Positions 49,201 to 58,990 are shown, counted from the first letter of the stretch. The stretch is 64,000 bases of DNA from Spirulina sp. (GCA_044070495.1 JBIPSI010000001.1:128001-192000); one strand, 5' to 3'. Numbers and translations are program-made. Notes: generated by a model from the sequence alone, not told the origin.

Positions 49201-50904
49201 TACAAACAGACTGAACTGTCAGAAATTTACTACGGCCTAGCACGGGCTGAGGCAATGTTAGGCAATGCTAAAGAGGCAGAAGAGGCAATAGAACAATCAA
49301 TTGCTATTAGTGAATCATCCTTTCCCAATGAGTCGGTCTCTGGCGGCACTGGGGTTCTAGATTTGGGATTTACCTACGGCTATGGTCTGCCCTATCGAGG
49401 ATCAATTTCGGCCAGCTTTAAACTTGAGACAGAAAATCCCTGGTTAGCGGCAAGTACGAATCAAGATTTTTTAGTAGAGCGACGTTGTGCGACGGTAACA
49501 CAGTATTTTGAATGTCGGCAAAAATATTTTGACTTTTACATTAGCTGGCTATTGCAACAGCACCAGGCCAACCCCACGATGGGGTTTGATGTAAGGGCCT
49601 TTGAGGCCAGTGAGCAGGCCAAATCCTTCAGTTTTCGGCGACCCGATAGCGAGGTTTCGGCTCAGGATCGGTTTGCTCCGACTCGTACTTTGGCGGAGAT
49701 TCAGGCGGCAATTGGGGACAACGAAACGCTGGTGCTGGAATATTTTCTGGGTCAGGAAGTCAGCTATTTGTGGATGCTAGGCCAGGATGGGGCGCTGCAA
49801 GTTTACACCCTACCCCCTCGCGCCGAGATTGAAGCCCAGGCCCAGGTGTTCTACGACCTGTTGACCTCGCCGACCGGGCGGGTGCGGCCCCAAACGACGG
49901 CCCAGGCGGGGGCGGCCCTCAGTAACATGATTCTTGGCCCCGTGGCCGACCAACTGGGCACCCAGCGCTTGGTGATCGTGGCCGATGGATTGTTGCAGTA
50001 TCTTCCCTTCGCCGCCCTGCCCAACCCCAACCCCGACAACCTGCCGACGGTCTCAGCCCAGCAAGGGGAATATGGCCCTGCGCTGAATCCCCTGCTGCTG
50101 GATCACGAGGTGGTGCATCTGCCCTCGGCCTCTACCTTGGTGGCGCTGCGGCGCAATGCCCCCTCGCGGCCCCAGCCTACCCAGGAACTCGCCTTTTTCG
50201 CCAATCCTGTTTTCAATCACAAAGACGAACGGGTGCGGCAGGTAAAGCTGTTCCCTTGGTCACGGCCCTTTAGTCAGGCGGAACTAGACAACATCGAAGC
50301 CCTCTACAGCGCCATTCCCGCCACCGAGGAAGAGTTAGACCGCATCCTAGCCGCTAACCTACTGCCAGAAGGCAAGGTGAAAACCTTCTTTGGCTACGAG
50401 GCCAACCTTGAGGCGGCGCTAGATTCCCAGTTGGGGCAGTATCGCATCGTGCACTTTGCCTCCCACGGCATTTTCAATAGCAATGCCCCAGAGCGTTCCG
50501 GCGTGGTGCTGTCGGGCCTCAGCGAGGCTGGGGTGGTGCAGGCGGGTCTATTGTCGCCCACCTACGCCTTTAACGACATGAACCTTTCTGCTACGGAACT
50601 GGTCGTCCTCAGCGGTTGCCGCACGGGGCTAAGCCAGGGCCACATTGGCCGCGAGGGCATGACCGGGCTCACCAATGGCCTGTTTGATGCCGGGGCCGAG
50701 CGCGTGGTGGCCAGCCTGTGGAGCGTGCGAGATGACGCTACCCGTGAGCTGATGAATCGGTTCTATGGGTTAATGCTAGACCCAGAAAACCCGCTACCGC
50801 CCGCCCAGGCCCTCACCGAGGCCCAGCGCTCGATGTGGAACGAACCCCGCTGGCAAACCCCCTACAACTGGGCCGCGTTTACGCTCCAGGGCGTTTGGGA
50901 GTAG
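46261..50904 (+). CDS. POTRA + TPR + CHAT (caspase-like protease) fusion protein
   Basis: Omp85-type POTRAs (TTSRSQLQLDINNIFTTGFF; GKTQEYVILREF), TPR-like helices, CHAT motifs LVIVADGLLQYLPFAAL, VHFASHG, LVVLSGCRTG, VVASLWSV, PYNWAAF; true start may be MVSLLASS. Confidence 0.85.
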   Translation: MPQPPENLQHRQLQRWLKPFGMVSLLASSYLLTQAAQAFEPFPRREMQSHLQTGLVQLRQTRVQPLALISESHPNPVLSEGLEGRNLAKDMALLSQNPPDSPAVEDPEATEPPSEPQVLVAEVVVESLSGELPAELRDLIYETVQTRAGNTTSRSQLQLDINNIFTTGFFSDVDARPEDTDLGVRVTFIVRPNPVLTDVQIVGNQVLPLAIVNQIFASQKNRIINLLDFQDGIESINQWYQDNGYILAKIIENPRVSDQGVVTVEVTEGVIEAIEVRFVDENGNTTNEQGQPIQGKTQEYVILREFQSRPGHVFQESRIESDFQRVRNLGFLGRVTPGLEPSEVDPRQIRVIININEIKNNSFSAGAGRNFSGNIFLSGGYSNKNLLGRGQTLAFETEVGISETKLTASLNSPGTLDKSLATPSELNGAVNAVNIAVSRMREQPLDKERRLEAIDKMKKLHRLSQATNNKSLEILVLNNLTNLYLRDNVIDFLKTSDEALELINRIESPALETYFLLRQVKAYRALSKPQRALDNYTQALEKINKLQKNVNLSNWLGEDMFDALSDEWHLRSQEDSFSDKDIAQALNLVKLGILLDTTFTYSVLGDYQAGLYMASSNEFSNTTNSLLDYINNFLNSNLIKLTSVVGSNEPNNEKDGDLVEAFFFNFWLVEAKKTYQVFLSNIPEIYKRKTLSILFSDLDELESRAIQEARIKDMSISPRKQINLLLYRSMEFLSSPDYLSSDGFLSGFGADFMGPVLLEIQPLIPEAFDLETQMWNAEKLEAIINISKDSLIQHFSESGDQQTITLVNQFSGLIDFFVQSFVSGSRFEKDSPEYYQYRVELAQTALRDWQGQNSISREFDWTKGFILKSQGDAHYRLGDYETAASVYESAIPFLIKAEEFYKGGFRNSNPKIQSFIGAVKHNESLSWANQLIFQILFSQRLSTSLSAADAHLELKKSSTAKARYLDALELSERVIAEEFVYKQTELSEIYYGLARAEAMLGNAKEAEEAIEQSIAISESSFPNESVSGGTGVLDLGFTYGYGLPYRGSISASFKLETENPWLAASTNQDFLVERRCATVTQYFECRQKYFDFYISWLLQQHQANPTMGFDVRAFEASEQAKSFSFRRPDSEVSAQDRFAPTRTLAEIQAAIGDNETLVLEYFLGQEVSYLWMLGQDGALQVYTLPPRAEIEAQAQVFYDLLTSPTGRVRPQTTAQAGAALSNMILGPVADQLGTQRLVIVADGLLQYLPFAALPNPNPDNLPTVSAQQGEYGPALNPLLLDHEVVHLPSASTLVALRRNAPSRPQPTQELAFFANPVFNHKDERVRQVKLFPWSRPFSQAELDNIEALYSAIPATEEELDRILAANLLPEGKVKTFFGYEANLEAALDSQLGQYRIVHFASHGIFNSNAPERSGVVLSGLSEAGVVQAGLLSPTYAFNDMNLSATELVVLSGCRTGLSQGHIGREGMTGLTNGLFDAGAERVVASLWSVRDDATRELMNRFYGLMLDPENPLPPAQALTEAQRSMWNEPRWQTPYNWAAFTLQGVWE

Positions 50905-50912
50905 CAAAGTCG

Positions 50913-52154
50913 CTAGGTGGTGTACTCAGCGTTGATTTTCACGTAGTCGTAGCTGAGGTCGCAGCCCCAGGCTTGGCCAAAGCCGGGGCCATCGCCGATG
51001 GAAACCTGGATGGCGACGGTGTCGGTTTTGAGGTATTCCCCTTGGCTAGATTGGGTGAGGTAGGCGCTAGCGGCTTGGCGATCAAAGGGAAGGGGCTGGC
51101 CGTGTTCCATCAGCAGGAATTCGCCCAGTTGCACCCGTAGGTCGTCTTGGTCGAAGGTGACCCCAGCCCGTCCGGCGGCGGCGGCGATGCGGCCCCAGTT
51201 GGGGTCGTGGCCAAAGATGGCGGATTTGACCAGGGAGGATCCGGCGATGGTGCGGGCCACTTGGTTGGCGGCGGCTTGGTTGACGGCCCCGGAGACGGTT
51301 ACTTCGATTAGGCAGGTGGCCCCTTCGCCATCGCGGGCAATGGATTTGGCCAGGTATTGGCAGACGGCGGTGAGCATGGCCTCAAGCTGCTCCGCCTCTG
51401 GGCCTTCGTCGGTGATGGCGGGGGTGCGGGATTCGCCGTTGGCTAGGGCGATCAGGGAATCGTTGGTGCTGGTGTCGCCGTCTACGGTGATTTGGTTAAA
51501 GCTGCGGTCGGCGGCGCGGCGCAGCATGTCTTGCCACAGGGTAGGCGACACGGTGGCATCGCAGGTGACGAAGGAGAGCATGGTGGCCATGTTGGGGTGA
51601 ATCATCCCCGACCCCTTGGCAATGCCGCCAATGCGTACCGGGCGGTCGTGGAGGAGGGTTTCCATGGCGATGGTTTTGGGCACCAGGTCGGTGGTGATAA
51701 TGGCGGACGCTGCCGCATCGGAACCCGTGGGGGAGAGGGCCTGCACCAGGTTAGGAATGCCCGCCTTGAGTTGATCCATCTTGATCCGCTGGCCAATCAC
51801 CCCGGTGGAGGCAATCAGCACCGCATCGGCAGGAATATTCAAGGCGACAGCGAGGGTTTCGGCGCTATCTACGGTGTCTACCCAGCCCTGGTTTCCGGTG
51901 CAGGCATTGGCCTGTCCGGCGTTGACCAAAATGGCGCGGCTGCTGGAACGGGCCTCTAGGCGCTGGCGGCAATAGTCTACACAGGCGGCGCGGACATGGC
52001 TGGTGGTGAACACCCCCGCCGCAATGGCGTCACATTCAGAGTAAATCAGGGCCAAATCTGGCGCACCGGAGGGCTTCAGCCCCGCCGTAATCCCCGCCGC
52101 CTGGAAGCCCTTAGGAGCCGTGACGCCGCCCTCAACAATCTGCCACTCCGCCAT
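50913..52154 (-). CDS. argJ: Ornithine acetyltransferase / N-acetylglutamate synthase ArgJ
   Basis: KGSGMIHPNMATML, ITVDGDTSTND, DGEGAT, DPNWGRI, YVKINAEYTT. Confidence 0.97.
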   Translation of the reverse strand: MAEWQIVEGGVTAPKGFQAAGITAGLKPSGAPDLALIYSECDAIAAGVFTTSHVRAACVDYCRQRLEARSSSRAILVNAGQANACTGNQGWVDTVDSAETLAVALNIPADAVLIASTGVIGQRIKMDQLKAGIPNLVQALSPTGSDAAASAIITTDLVPKTIAMETLLHDRPVRIGGIAKGSGMIHPNMATMLSFVTCDATVSPTLWQDMLRRAADRSFNQITVDGDTSTNDSLIALANGESRTPAITDEGPEAEQLEAMLTAVCQYLAKSIARDGEGATCLIEVTVSGAVNQAAANQVARTIAGSSLVKSAIFGHDPNWGRIAAAAGRAGVTFDQDDLRVQLGEFLLMEHGQPLPFDRQAASAYLTQSSQGEYLKTDTVAIQVSIGDGPGFGQAWGCDLSYDYVKINAEYTT

Positions 52155-52248
52155 TGCCGTTGTTCCTTGTGGATGGTGTTTTGCAGGGGATTATACCAAG
52201 CCCCCCGTCCTGGGGATGCTTACCCAAGACCCATTTCCTATTCCCGGC

Positions 52249-53916
52249 TCATTCCCACTCGGCGGCGTATTGCAGCAATAGGGGCGGCAGCTTGAGGTCG
52301 GCGGGGGTACGATGGCGGGCCTCAAACACGCCTACAATGTCCTTGGGGCCGGGGTTACCCTTGGCCTGTCCGGTCACACCGCTAGCAATCACCACGGCGC
52401 AGCAGCCCCCGCTTTTCTGCTGCCACTGATCCCACCGTTCCAACTGGCGCTGATCGGGGCCGGGGTCACTTTCGTACTCGGCAAACAGGTGCAGTTCGCT
52501 ATCTCCGGTTTGCAGGAGTCCTAGTTCAAAATGGACGCCGTTAAAGGGATCGCTGCCAGGGTTAAAACACACAGCCTGAACGCCCTGGGCTGATTGCAGG
52601 TCTTTGATCAGAGCCTTGGCCTTGGGGCGGGAGGTCTGAATGATCACCACGGGCAGGGTGGCTTGCTTGGGCAGAGGGCCATCGGGATGATCGGCGTAGG
52701 CCACCATAGGATCCAGTTTGGCAAACTCCAGCCAGGATCGTTTGATTTGGGTAAGCAAAATAAGCGCCCCCTCCGGCACATAGTCGTCGCGCAGGACGGG
52801 GAAGGTGAGAACGTCATCGCTGTCGTCGTCGTCACCAATCGCTTGCTCGGTTTGTTCCAGCAGCTCTTCAGTAACTTCCGGCAGGGTTTTGACCGTTACC
52901 TTGAGGGCCGGAGCGCTGCTTTTTTCTGGATTGGGAATGCGATAGCTGCCCTTTAGATCGGGGTAGGGGGGCTTTTCTAGGCGCGACCGATGCTTGGACA
53001 GGAACCGCTGGAGCGCCTCCATGGCCACGAGAAAAATGGCTCCCTCTTCGTCGGCCAGTTGGCTTCGCAGTCCTTCCAGGGGGTGAATACTGCCAAAGAT
53101 TGGATCCACCGCATCGGGGGCGGCGTTGGCCCAGCCTAAGGCCGCAAAGGGGCCGCTGGGAACCGGATCCTCCAACAGTTCAAAGTTTACAAACAGGCAG
53201 TCCTGCTCTAAAAAGGCCTCCTGCATTTGTTTGGGCGATTGTTGTCCCATCAGCACCCGTTCCCGAAACTGTTTCAGGGAGTCTAGGGTGCGGTACATCA
53301 ACAGACCATACTCCACCCCGCCCATGCCCAGCACCGAAACATAGAGGGTCTCAATATCCCAAGCGTTTAGCTCGATAGCGATCACCTGCTGCTCGTTGAG
53401 GCTGTGCCAGGGGCCAAGTTCCCAGACTTCCATGGCCTTGTCGATCATGGCGTCGCCGTAGCGTTCGGGCAATTCCGCTTCCTCCAGGCCGCTAGCCTGC
53501 TGGAGGGCGTTGAACAACTCGTCAATCAGCGGCAGTTCCGGGGCGTAATCTACTTCAATATCCAGCCCTTGAATCGCTCCACGCAGGTAAAACTGAATCT
53601 CCCGATCACTCACCACAATCTTTTTAGGGCGGGCCGGAGGCAGGGAACTTTGGGGCGATTCGATAGCCTGGATCAGGGTGCGAACAATCGGCTCGTAGCC
53701 GCTGCTAGAGGGCACCATGGTAATGCCGCGTACCGTGCCGTGGCCGCTGTCTACCCAAAGAATACAGTCGCTATGTTCACTACTCCCATTGCGATTCCAG
53801 GTGTTCGCATCTTCCTCCACCAGTCCACTCATCGGTCGCCGAGCCCCCTCCCATACGCTAGCAATCCGGGGCAGCTGCTTGAGGCGATCAATGGTAATAC
53901 GGTTCAATCGAGTCAT
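52249..53916 (-). CDS. Conserved cyanobacterial hypothetical protein
   Basis: 555-aa ORF with host-like coding pattern (VWEG..R, REIQFYLRG, VLGMGGVEYG). Confidence 0.75.
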   Translation of the reverse strand: MTRLNRITIDRLKQLPRIASVWEGARRPMSGLVEEDANTWNRNGSSEHSDCILWVDSGHGTVRGITMVPSSSGYEPIVRTLIQAIESPQSSLPPARPKKIVVSDREIQFYLRGAIQGLDIEVDYAPELPLIDELFNALQQASGLEEAELPERYGDAMIDKAMEVWELGPWHSLNEQQVIAIELNAWDIETLYVSVLGMGGVEYGLLMYRTLDSLKQFRERVLMGQQSPKQMQEAFLEQDCLFVNFELLEDPVPSGPFAALGWANAAPDAVDPIFGSIHPLEGLRSQLADEEGAIFLVAMEALQRFLSKHRSRLEKPPYPDLKGSYRIPNPEKSSAPALKVTVKTLPEVTEELLEQTEQAIGDDDDSDDVLTFPVLRDDYVPEGALILLTQIKRSWLEFAKLDPMVAYADHPDGPLPKQATLPVVIIQTSRPKAKALIKDLQSAQGVQAVCFNPGSDPFNGVHFELGLLQTGDSELHLFAEYESDPGPDQRQLERWDQWQQKSGGCCAVVIASGVTGQAKGNPGPKDIVGVFEARHRTPADLKLPPLLLQYAAEWE

Positions 53917-54254
53917 GGACTAGGGTGCTCAGAATGAGAGAACTGGAGATGATAACCCAGGCAAAGCCCTCGGTGGCTGGGTTGAATATAGGCAAAAGGC
54001 AACGGTCGGCATAAAGGGGTTTAATGGTCAGGCCGAGGAAAGACCGCCCATAGCCCCACGATTTCCCAAAGCCTCACAGTAAACTATAGAAAGTTCCAAG
54101 GGAAACAGCGAAGGTCAGCCCTCAAAAGTGTTAGATTTCAAAACATTTTATCCACGGCTCTAGCGGACATTAACCGCTAGAATAGTTAACCGCTAAGTTA
54201 TAGCGGCCACGCTTTGCCAAGTTTGCGTCCCCAGTTCTTAGTCGAAAGGTTGTC

Positions 54255-54611
54255 ATGGCACAGGTCACCGAACAAACTCGAGGCATTCTGCTCTCCGAAA
54301 CGGCCCTAGCGCACGTCAAAGCTCTCCAGCAGCAGCAGGGGGGAAAAGCCCTTTGTCTGCGGGTGGGGGTACGCCAAGGCGGTTGCTCCGGCATGTCCTA
54401 CACCATGGACTTTGAAGACGCCAGCAACATCAACGAACACGACGAAGTCTACGACTACGACGGGTTTCAGGTTGTTTGCGACAAAAAGAGCCTGCTCTAT
54501 CTCTATGGGATGATGCTCGACTATAGCGACGCCCTGATTGGCGGTGGCTTTCAGTTCACCAACCCCAACGCCAGCCAAACCTGTGGCTGCGGCAAATCCT
54601 TTGGGGCCTAA
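54255..54611 (+). CDS. iscA: A-type Fe-S cluster assembly protein (IscA/HesB family)
   Basis: [22 protein letters not shown]. Confidence 0.9.
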   Translation: MAQVTEQTRGILLSETALAHVKALQQQQGGKALCLRVGVRQGGCSGMSYTMDFEDASNINEHDEVYDYDGFQVVCDKKSLLYLYGMMLDYSDALIGGGFQFTNPNASQTCGCGKSFGA

Positions 54612-54623
54612 CATCCACACACC

Positions 54624-55040
54624 ATGACCCAAACCGTTGAATCCCTGTTTGATACCGCCATTGAGCGCTATAAGGCGGGGGAAGAACCCGCTGATCTAAT
54701 TCCCGTTTTCAAAGATATCTGTGACCGTGCTCCCAAGAGTGCTGCGGCCTGGGCCTGTTTGTCCTGGCTGTATCTGCTGACGGACAAGCCCAACTCTGCT
54801 GTTAAGGCCGCCCAAAAGTCCGTCAAACTCAGCCCCCAGGATCCCCAGGGCCGAGTGAACCTAGCAGTGGCCATGCTGGATGCGGGCAAACCCGGTGTGC
54901 GCCAGCATGTGGAAATTGCCAGCCAGGTGATGACCGTGGCGGAAGACCTCCGCACCGAAGTGATGCAAAACATTGAGGACGGCCTCACCCGCAAGCCCGA
55001 CTGGGCCAGTCTAGAACGAGTCAAAGCTTGGCTTTCCTAG
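54624..55040 (+). CDS. Small TPR-like protein
   Basis: AAWACLSWLYLL..AAQKSVKLSPQDPQGRVNLA. Confidence 0.8.
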   Translation: MTQTVESLFDTAIERYKAGEEPADLIPVFKDICDRAPKSAAAWACLSWLYLLTDKPNSAVKAAQKSVKLSPQDPQGRVNLAVAMLDAGKPGVRQHVEIASQVMTVAEDLRTEVMQNIEDGLTRKPDWASLERVKAWLS

Positions 55041-55169
55041 GGCGGCATCGCCAGGGATAGGAAAGCCTACCTCAGCGAAGTACCATTCGTTAACCCTTCT
55101 GTCCTGTCCGGCACCATGGGTTGTGGGCAGGAGGGCTTTTTGATGGGGCTAGTCCATCCAGTCTGCGCC

Positions 55170-55916
55170 CTAGGCCAGGGGAGACTTAGATGGGATACCG
55201 GGCAGACGGGGGAATTTATCGGGGGTGCGGCTGACTTTGTCGATCACCACGTTGTGGCGCACGCCGTGGGTCATGGGGGTGGTCATGGGACGAACTTCCC
55301 GTAACTTTCCCCCCAGACGCGGCAAAATAGCCACCAAACTCTCCTCTTCCTGGGCCGACCACTGGCCTCGATAGAGAATGGCCTGTCCGCCCAGGTTCAG
55401 TAGGGGCAGGGCATATTCCGCGCAGGTGTTGACTGGCCCCACCGCCCGCAGCAGCGCCAGGTCAAAAGCCTCCCGGTAGATCGGCTGATGCCCCACCTGT
55501 TCAGCCCGTTCGGCCAAAAATTTCACGTTGTCTAAGCCCAGGTCGGCACTAGCCTGCTGAAGGGCGGCAATCTTTTTGCGGGTCGCATCCATCAGGGTCA
55601 CCGTCCAGCTAGGGCAGGCCATGGCCAGGGGCAAACCCGGAAACCCGCCCCCCGTGCCAATATCCACCACCGACTGGGGTTGCTCGGCTAGGGCGCTATC
55701 CACCAGCCAAGGGGCCACCCCCTGAAGGGAATCCCACAGGTGCTTTTCCCAAAAGTCCTCCGGGCTGGTAATGCGGGTGAGGTTGAGGGTTTGGTTCAGC
55801 GCCACAATGGCCTGGTACAGTGCCTCAAAGCGGGTCTGGAGATCCGCCGTGGGCTGCCAGTTGAGGGTGGTTTGCCACAGTTCCGTGGGGTTGGGGAGGG
55901 CAGGGGGTGTCGTCAT
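55170..55916 (-). CDS. rsmG: 16S rRNA m7G527 methyltransferase RsmG
   Basis: NLTRIT..KHLWDSL, DIGTGGGFPG, RAVG. Confidence 0.94.
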   Translation of the reverse strand: MTTPPALPNPTELWQTTLNWQPTADLQTRFEALYQAIVALNQTLNLTRITSPEDFWEKHLWDSLQGVAPWLVDSALAEQPQSVVDIGTGGGFPGLPLAMACPSWTVTLMDATRKKIAALQQASADLGLDNVKFLAERAEQVGHQPIYREAFDLALLRAVGPVNTCAEYALPLLNLGGQAILYRGQWSAQEEESLVAILPRLGGKLREVRPMTTPMTHGVRHNVVIDKVSRTPDKFPRLPGIPSKSPLA

Positions 55917-56584
55917 CACCAGTCGGCCTCTGAGGGGGTGGATTGAGGGGTGGCCTGACGCTCTAGGGTAAGTTGTCCCTGGTTCAGTCGCCAGCAGCAA
56001 TCTGCTAGGTGGGCCAGTTCATCGGCATCGTGGGACACCACCAGTAGCGTCCAGTTCTGCTTGAGCTGTTGCAGAAGGCCGATGATTTGCTGCCGCATCG
56101 ACCAATCTAGCCCCGCCGTGGGTTCATCCAGCAGCAGCAGGTAGGGCTTACGAATGAGCTGTACCGCTAGGGCCAACCGCCGCTGCTGGCCACCGCTGAG
56201 GGAGTGGGGCAGGGCGGTGAGGGCCAACTGATCAAGCCCCACCGCCTTCAGGGCTTGGTTAATCTGGGGCCGATCCAGTTCGGGGTGGCCCAGGCGCAGT
56301 TCCTCTAGAATGGTGTGGCCGCAAAAGTGTCGCTCTGGAAACTGGAATACTAAGCCTGCAATCTGGCGCAAGGCTTCCGGCTCCAGGGTTTGGTCGCGCC
56401 ACTGAATCTGCCCTGAGCTGGGCCGAGCAAAGCCCGCCATCAGCTCCAATAATGTACTTTTTCCCGACCCGCTAGGGCCATAGATCACCCCCAACTGCTG
56501 GGGAGCCAAGTCTAAGGACACCTGGTTTAGGATAGCCGCTGGGGTGGCCGGAGGATGGTAGGTCAGTTGGTCAAGGTGCAACAT
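55916..56584 (-). CDS. ABC (ECF-like) ATP-binding protein
   Basis: GPSGSGKST, VFQFPERHF, LSGGQQRR, LLDEPTAGLD. Confidence 0.9.
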   Translation of the reverse strand: MLHLDQLTYHPPATPAAILNQVSLDLAPQQLGVIYGPSGSGKSTLLELMAGFARPSSGQIQWRDQTLEPEALRQIAGLVFQFPERHFCGHTILEELRLGHPELDRPQINQALKAVGLDQLALTALPHSLSGGQQRRLALAVQLIRKPYLLLLDEPTAGLDWSMRQQIIGLLQQLKQNWTLLVVSHDADELAHLADCCWRLNQGQLTLERQATPQSTPSEADW

Positions 56585-56883
56585 GGGTGAAACAGGAGGA
56601 TTCCCTGGGGCATGTTCAGTGTGCCCCAAATTGACTTCAAGGCAGCGACAAGAAGAGCAGTAGGACAGTGTAGCATCTGTAACAGTGGCTCGACCCATTT
56701 CTGGGTGGGGGGAATCACAATAAAAGCGAGTATCAATGACAATCCATCCTCCTTTTTGATCCTCTACGCCGTTGCGGGTTGAGGACGGCCTAGGTGGATG
56801 AACTTGAGGGTTATCTACCGCCCGTTTCCCTGGCCCCGTTATCGTCAGTTCGATAGGCTCCGGTCGTAACTTTCTTTAATGTA

Positions 56884-57843
56884 GTGAGTAATTCTATGGT
56901 GGTTCAATCATCCCAACGGTCTGCAACGGTCCTACGATTCCGCCGCCCTCGGTGGCAAACCTGGTTAGCCACCACCCTCACGACCGCCATGGTTGGTTTA
57001 ACGGCCCTGCCAGCCCTAGCGGGGGATCCCTTCCGCCCCAGCAATCCCCACGCCATTGGCGAGGCCACCGAGGCCACCTTCGAGGCTCTGTTCTACGAAG
57101 GGGACTACACCGAGGCGCAGCGTTTGGTCAATCAGGCCATCGCCGCTGAGCCAAACGAGCCCATGAACTACGCCATTGCCGCCGCCCTCGACTATCTCAA
57201 TCAAGACCTCAGTTCGCTGCTGGAAAAAGCCCAGCAGACCCAGTCCGTTGCCGCCACCCTGAAGGAAACCGATCCCCTGCGCGGCCACCTCTATACCGCC
57301 GTGGGCATTTTCCTAGAGGGTGCCCACGTTATCCAAAGCCGGGGGTTAGCTCGCGGCACCCCTACGGTACTGCGCATGTTGCAGCAGGTGTTTGCCGAAC
57401 TAGATGCTGCCGAGGCCATCAGCCCCAACGATCCTGAACTGAGCCTGCTGAAGGGCTTTATGGATTTGCTGTTGGCGGTAAACTTGCCCTTCGCTAACCC
57501 CGATCAGGCCATTAGCCGCCTGCAACAGGGCCACCCCGACTACCTCTCCCAGCGGGGCATTGCCATTGGTCTGCGCGACCTCAAACGCTACGACGAAGCC
57601 CTAGTGGCCGTCAACAACGCCCTAGTGGCCGCTCCCAATAACCCCGACCTGATGTATCTCAAAGCTCAGATTCTCTTCCTCAAGCAGGACTATCAAGGGA
57701 GCCTGCCCTACTACGCCAGCGCCCTCACCTATGCCGATCAACTGCCCACATCTACCGTGCAGCGGATCCGGTTTGAGGAATGCCAAGCCCAGGGGCAAGA
57801 CTCCTCTATCTGCGGCACCTACCTCCAGGCTGGTCAAAATTAG
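56884..57843 (+). CDS. Exported TPR protein (Sll0314/Alr1548-like)
   Basis: ALAGDPFR, DPLRGHLYTAVG, ELSLLKGFMDLLLAVNLPF. Confidence 0.75.
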   Translation: MSNSMVVQSSQRSATVLRFRRPRWQTWLATTLTTAMVGLTALPALAGDPFRPSNPHAIGEATEATFEALFYEGDYTEAQRLVNQAIAAEPNEPMNYAIAAALDYLNQDLSSLLEKAQQTQSVAATLKETDPLRGHLYTAVGIFLEGAHVIQSRGLARGTPTVLRMLQQVFAELDAAEAISPNDPELSLLKGFMDLLLAVNLPFANPDQAISRLQQGHPDYLSQRGIAIGLRDLKRYDEALVAVNNALVAAPNNPDLMYLKAQILFLKQDYQGSLPYYASALTYADQLPTSTVQRIRFEECQAQGQDSSICGTYLQAGQN

Positions 57844-57947
57844 CCGGGGATTGTCTCGTTGGCCTTCTCCCCAACGCATCGGTCTAAGCAGTAGGGGTAT
57901 GTCACAATGAACTGTCCCCTACTGCTTTTGGAGAGGAACCTGCCCCA

Positions 57948-58403
57948 ATGCACGTTGAATTTCGCGAGTGCGACTTTTTTAATATTTGGATTTGGCTTCA
58001 GTTCGAGACCGTGCCCTCTAGCCTAGAGCAGCAATATATCGACGAAGTGTTTTCCTCCTGGTTTTTCCTCGGCAAACTGGGCGGGTTCAACGCCGAAAAC
58101 CTTCAGGTGCAAGATACTGGCCTAGACATCAGCTATCTACCCTACGACGAAAGCCAATTGGGCAACAGCCTGCTGTCCGTCATGCACAACATGGGCGAGG
58201 TGGAGTACCAAGGGCTGTGGGCACGGTGCTGGTTTGACCTGGGCACCAGCGATGCCTTGGCCCTCGATGTGCTGATCAACGCCTTCGAGCAATTCAGCCG
58301 CGAGTACGTCACCATCAAAACCTGCTACATCGGTGGCGAAAACCCCGACTGGCCCATCCCCCGCAACCGTCGTCCCGAATTTGTGGATGACAACGATAAC
58401 TAA
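57948..58403 (+). CDS. DUF3531 family protein
   Basis: FRECDFFNIWIW, SWFFLGKLGGFNAENLQ, RCWFDLGTSD. Confidence 0.8.
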   Translation: MHVEFRECDFFNIWIWLQFETVPSSLEQQYIDEVFSSWFFLGKLGGFNAENLQVQDTGLDISYLPYDESQLGNSLLSVMHNMGEVEYQGLWARCWFDLGTSDALALDVLINAFEQFSREYVTIKTCYIGGENPDWPIPRNRRPEFVDDNDN

Positions 58404-58501
58404 GCACCCACTCATCGCCTTCACCACCACCGGGCCAAAACCGCTGAGAACTTTGCGGTATGGTAAAACTATGCCCTGGCTGAACCTAGCGGAGAATCCC
58501 C

Positions 58502-58990
58502 ATGTCCTGGAATAGTTCCCCCTCCATTCCCGACCGTCTGTTTGCGGCCCTGCCCTACATTTTGGCCATCACCGCCGGGCTACCCTACGGGGTGTTTGTG
58601 GTGCAAGAAGTTCCGGCCATTCAGTTCTTGCTGTTGCCCTTTGCCCCGCTGATTCAGATTTACACAGGTCTTGAGCGCACCATTCCCTTCTTCGGGCTGA
58701 TTGTTTTCTTCGCCCTCATTTTGCTGGTAGTGCGTAACGAAAACATCAGCCGCTTCATCCGCTTCAACACCATGCAGGCCATTCTGCTGAGCTTCATCCT
58801 GGCGGTGTGCGGCTTAATTCTGGATTTATTGCGGCCCGTGCTGGGCGGTGGGCTGCTGGTACAAACCTTTGCAAGTGCTTTGTTCCTAGGGATGTTGGTC
58901 TCCGTTGGCTACTCCCTGGTGCAAACCTTCCGGGGTGAGTACGCCGACATTCCCACCATTTCCCAAGCCGTCCACATGCAGGTGCGCTAG
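58502..58990 (+). CDS. Tic20 family (Ycf60-like) membrane protein
   Basis: DRLFAALPY, VVRNENISRFIRFNTMQAIL, YADIPTISQAV. Confidence 0.88.
   Translation: MSWNSSPSIPDRLFAALPYILAITAGLPYGVFVVQEVPAIQFLLLPFAPLIQIYTGLERTIPFFGLIVFFALILLVVRNENISRFIRFNTMQAILLSFILAVCGLILDLLRPVLGGGLLVQTFASALFLGMLVSVGYSLVQTFRGEYADIPTISQAVHMQVR

Noticed and set aside
56669..56684. NtcA-like site TGTA-N8-AACA
   Set aside because: Imperfect match and no nitrogen-related neighbouring gene.
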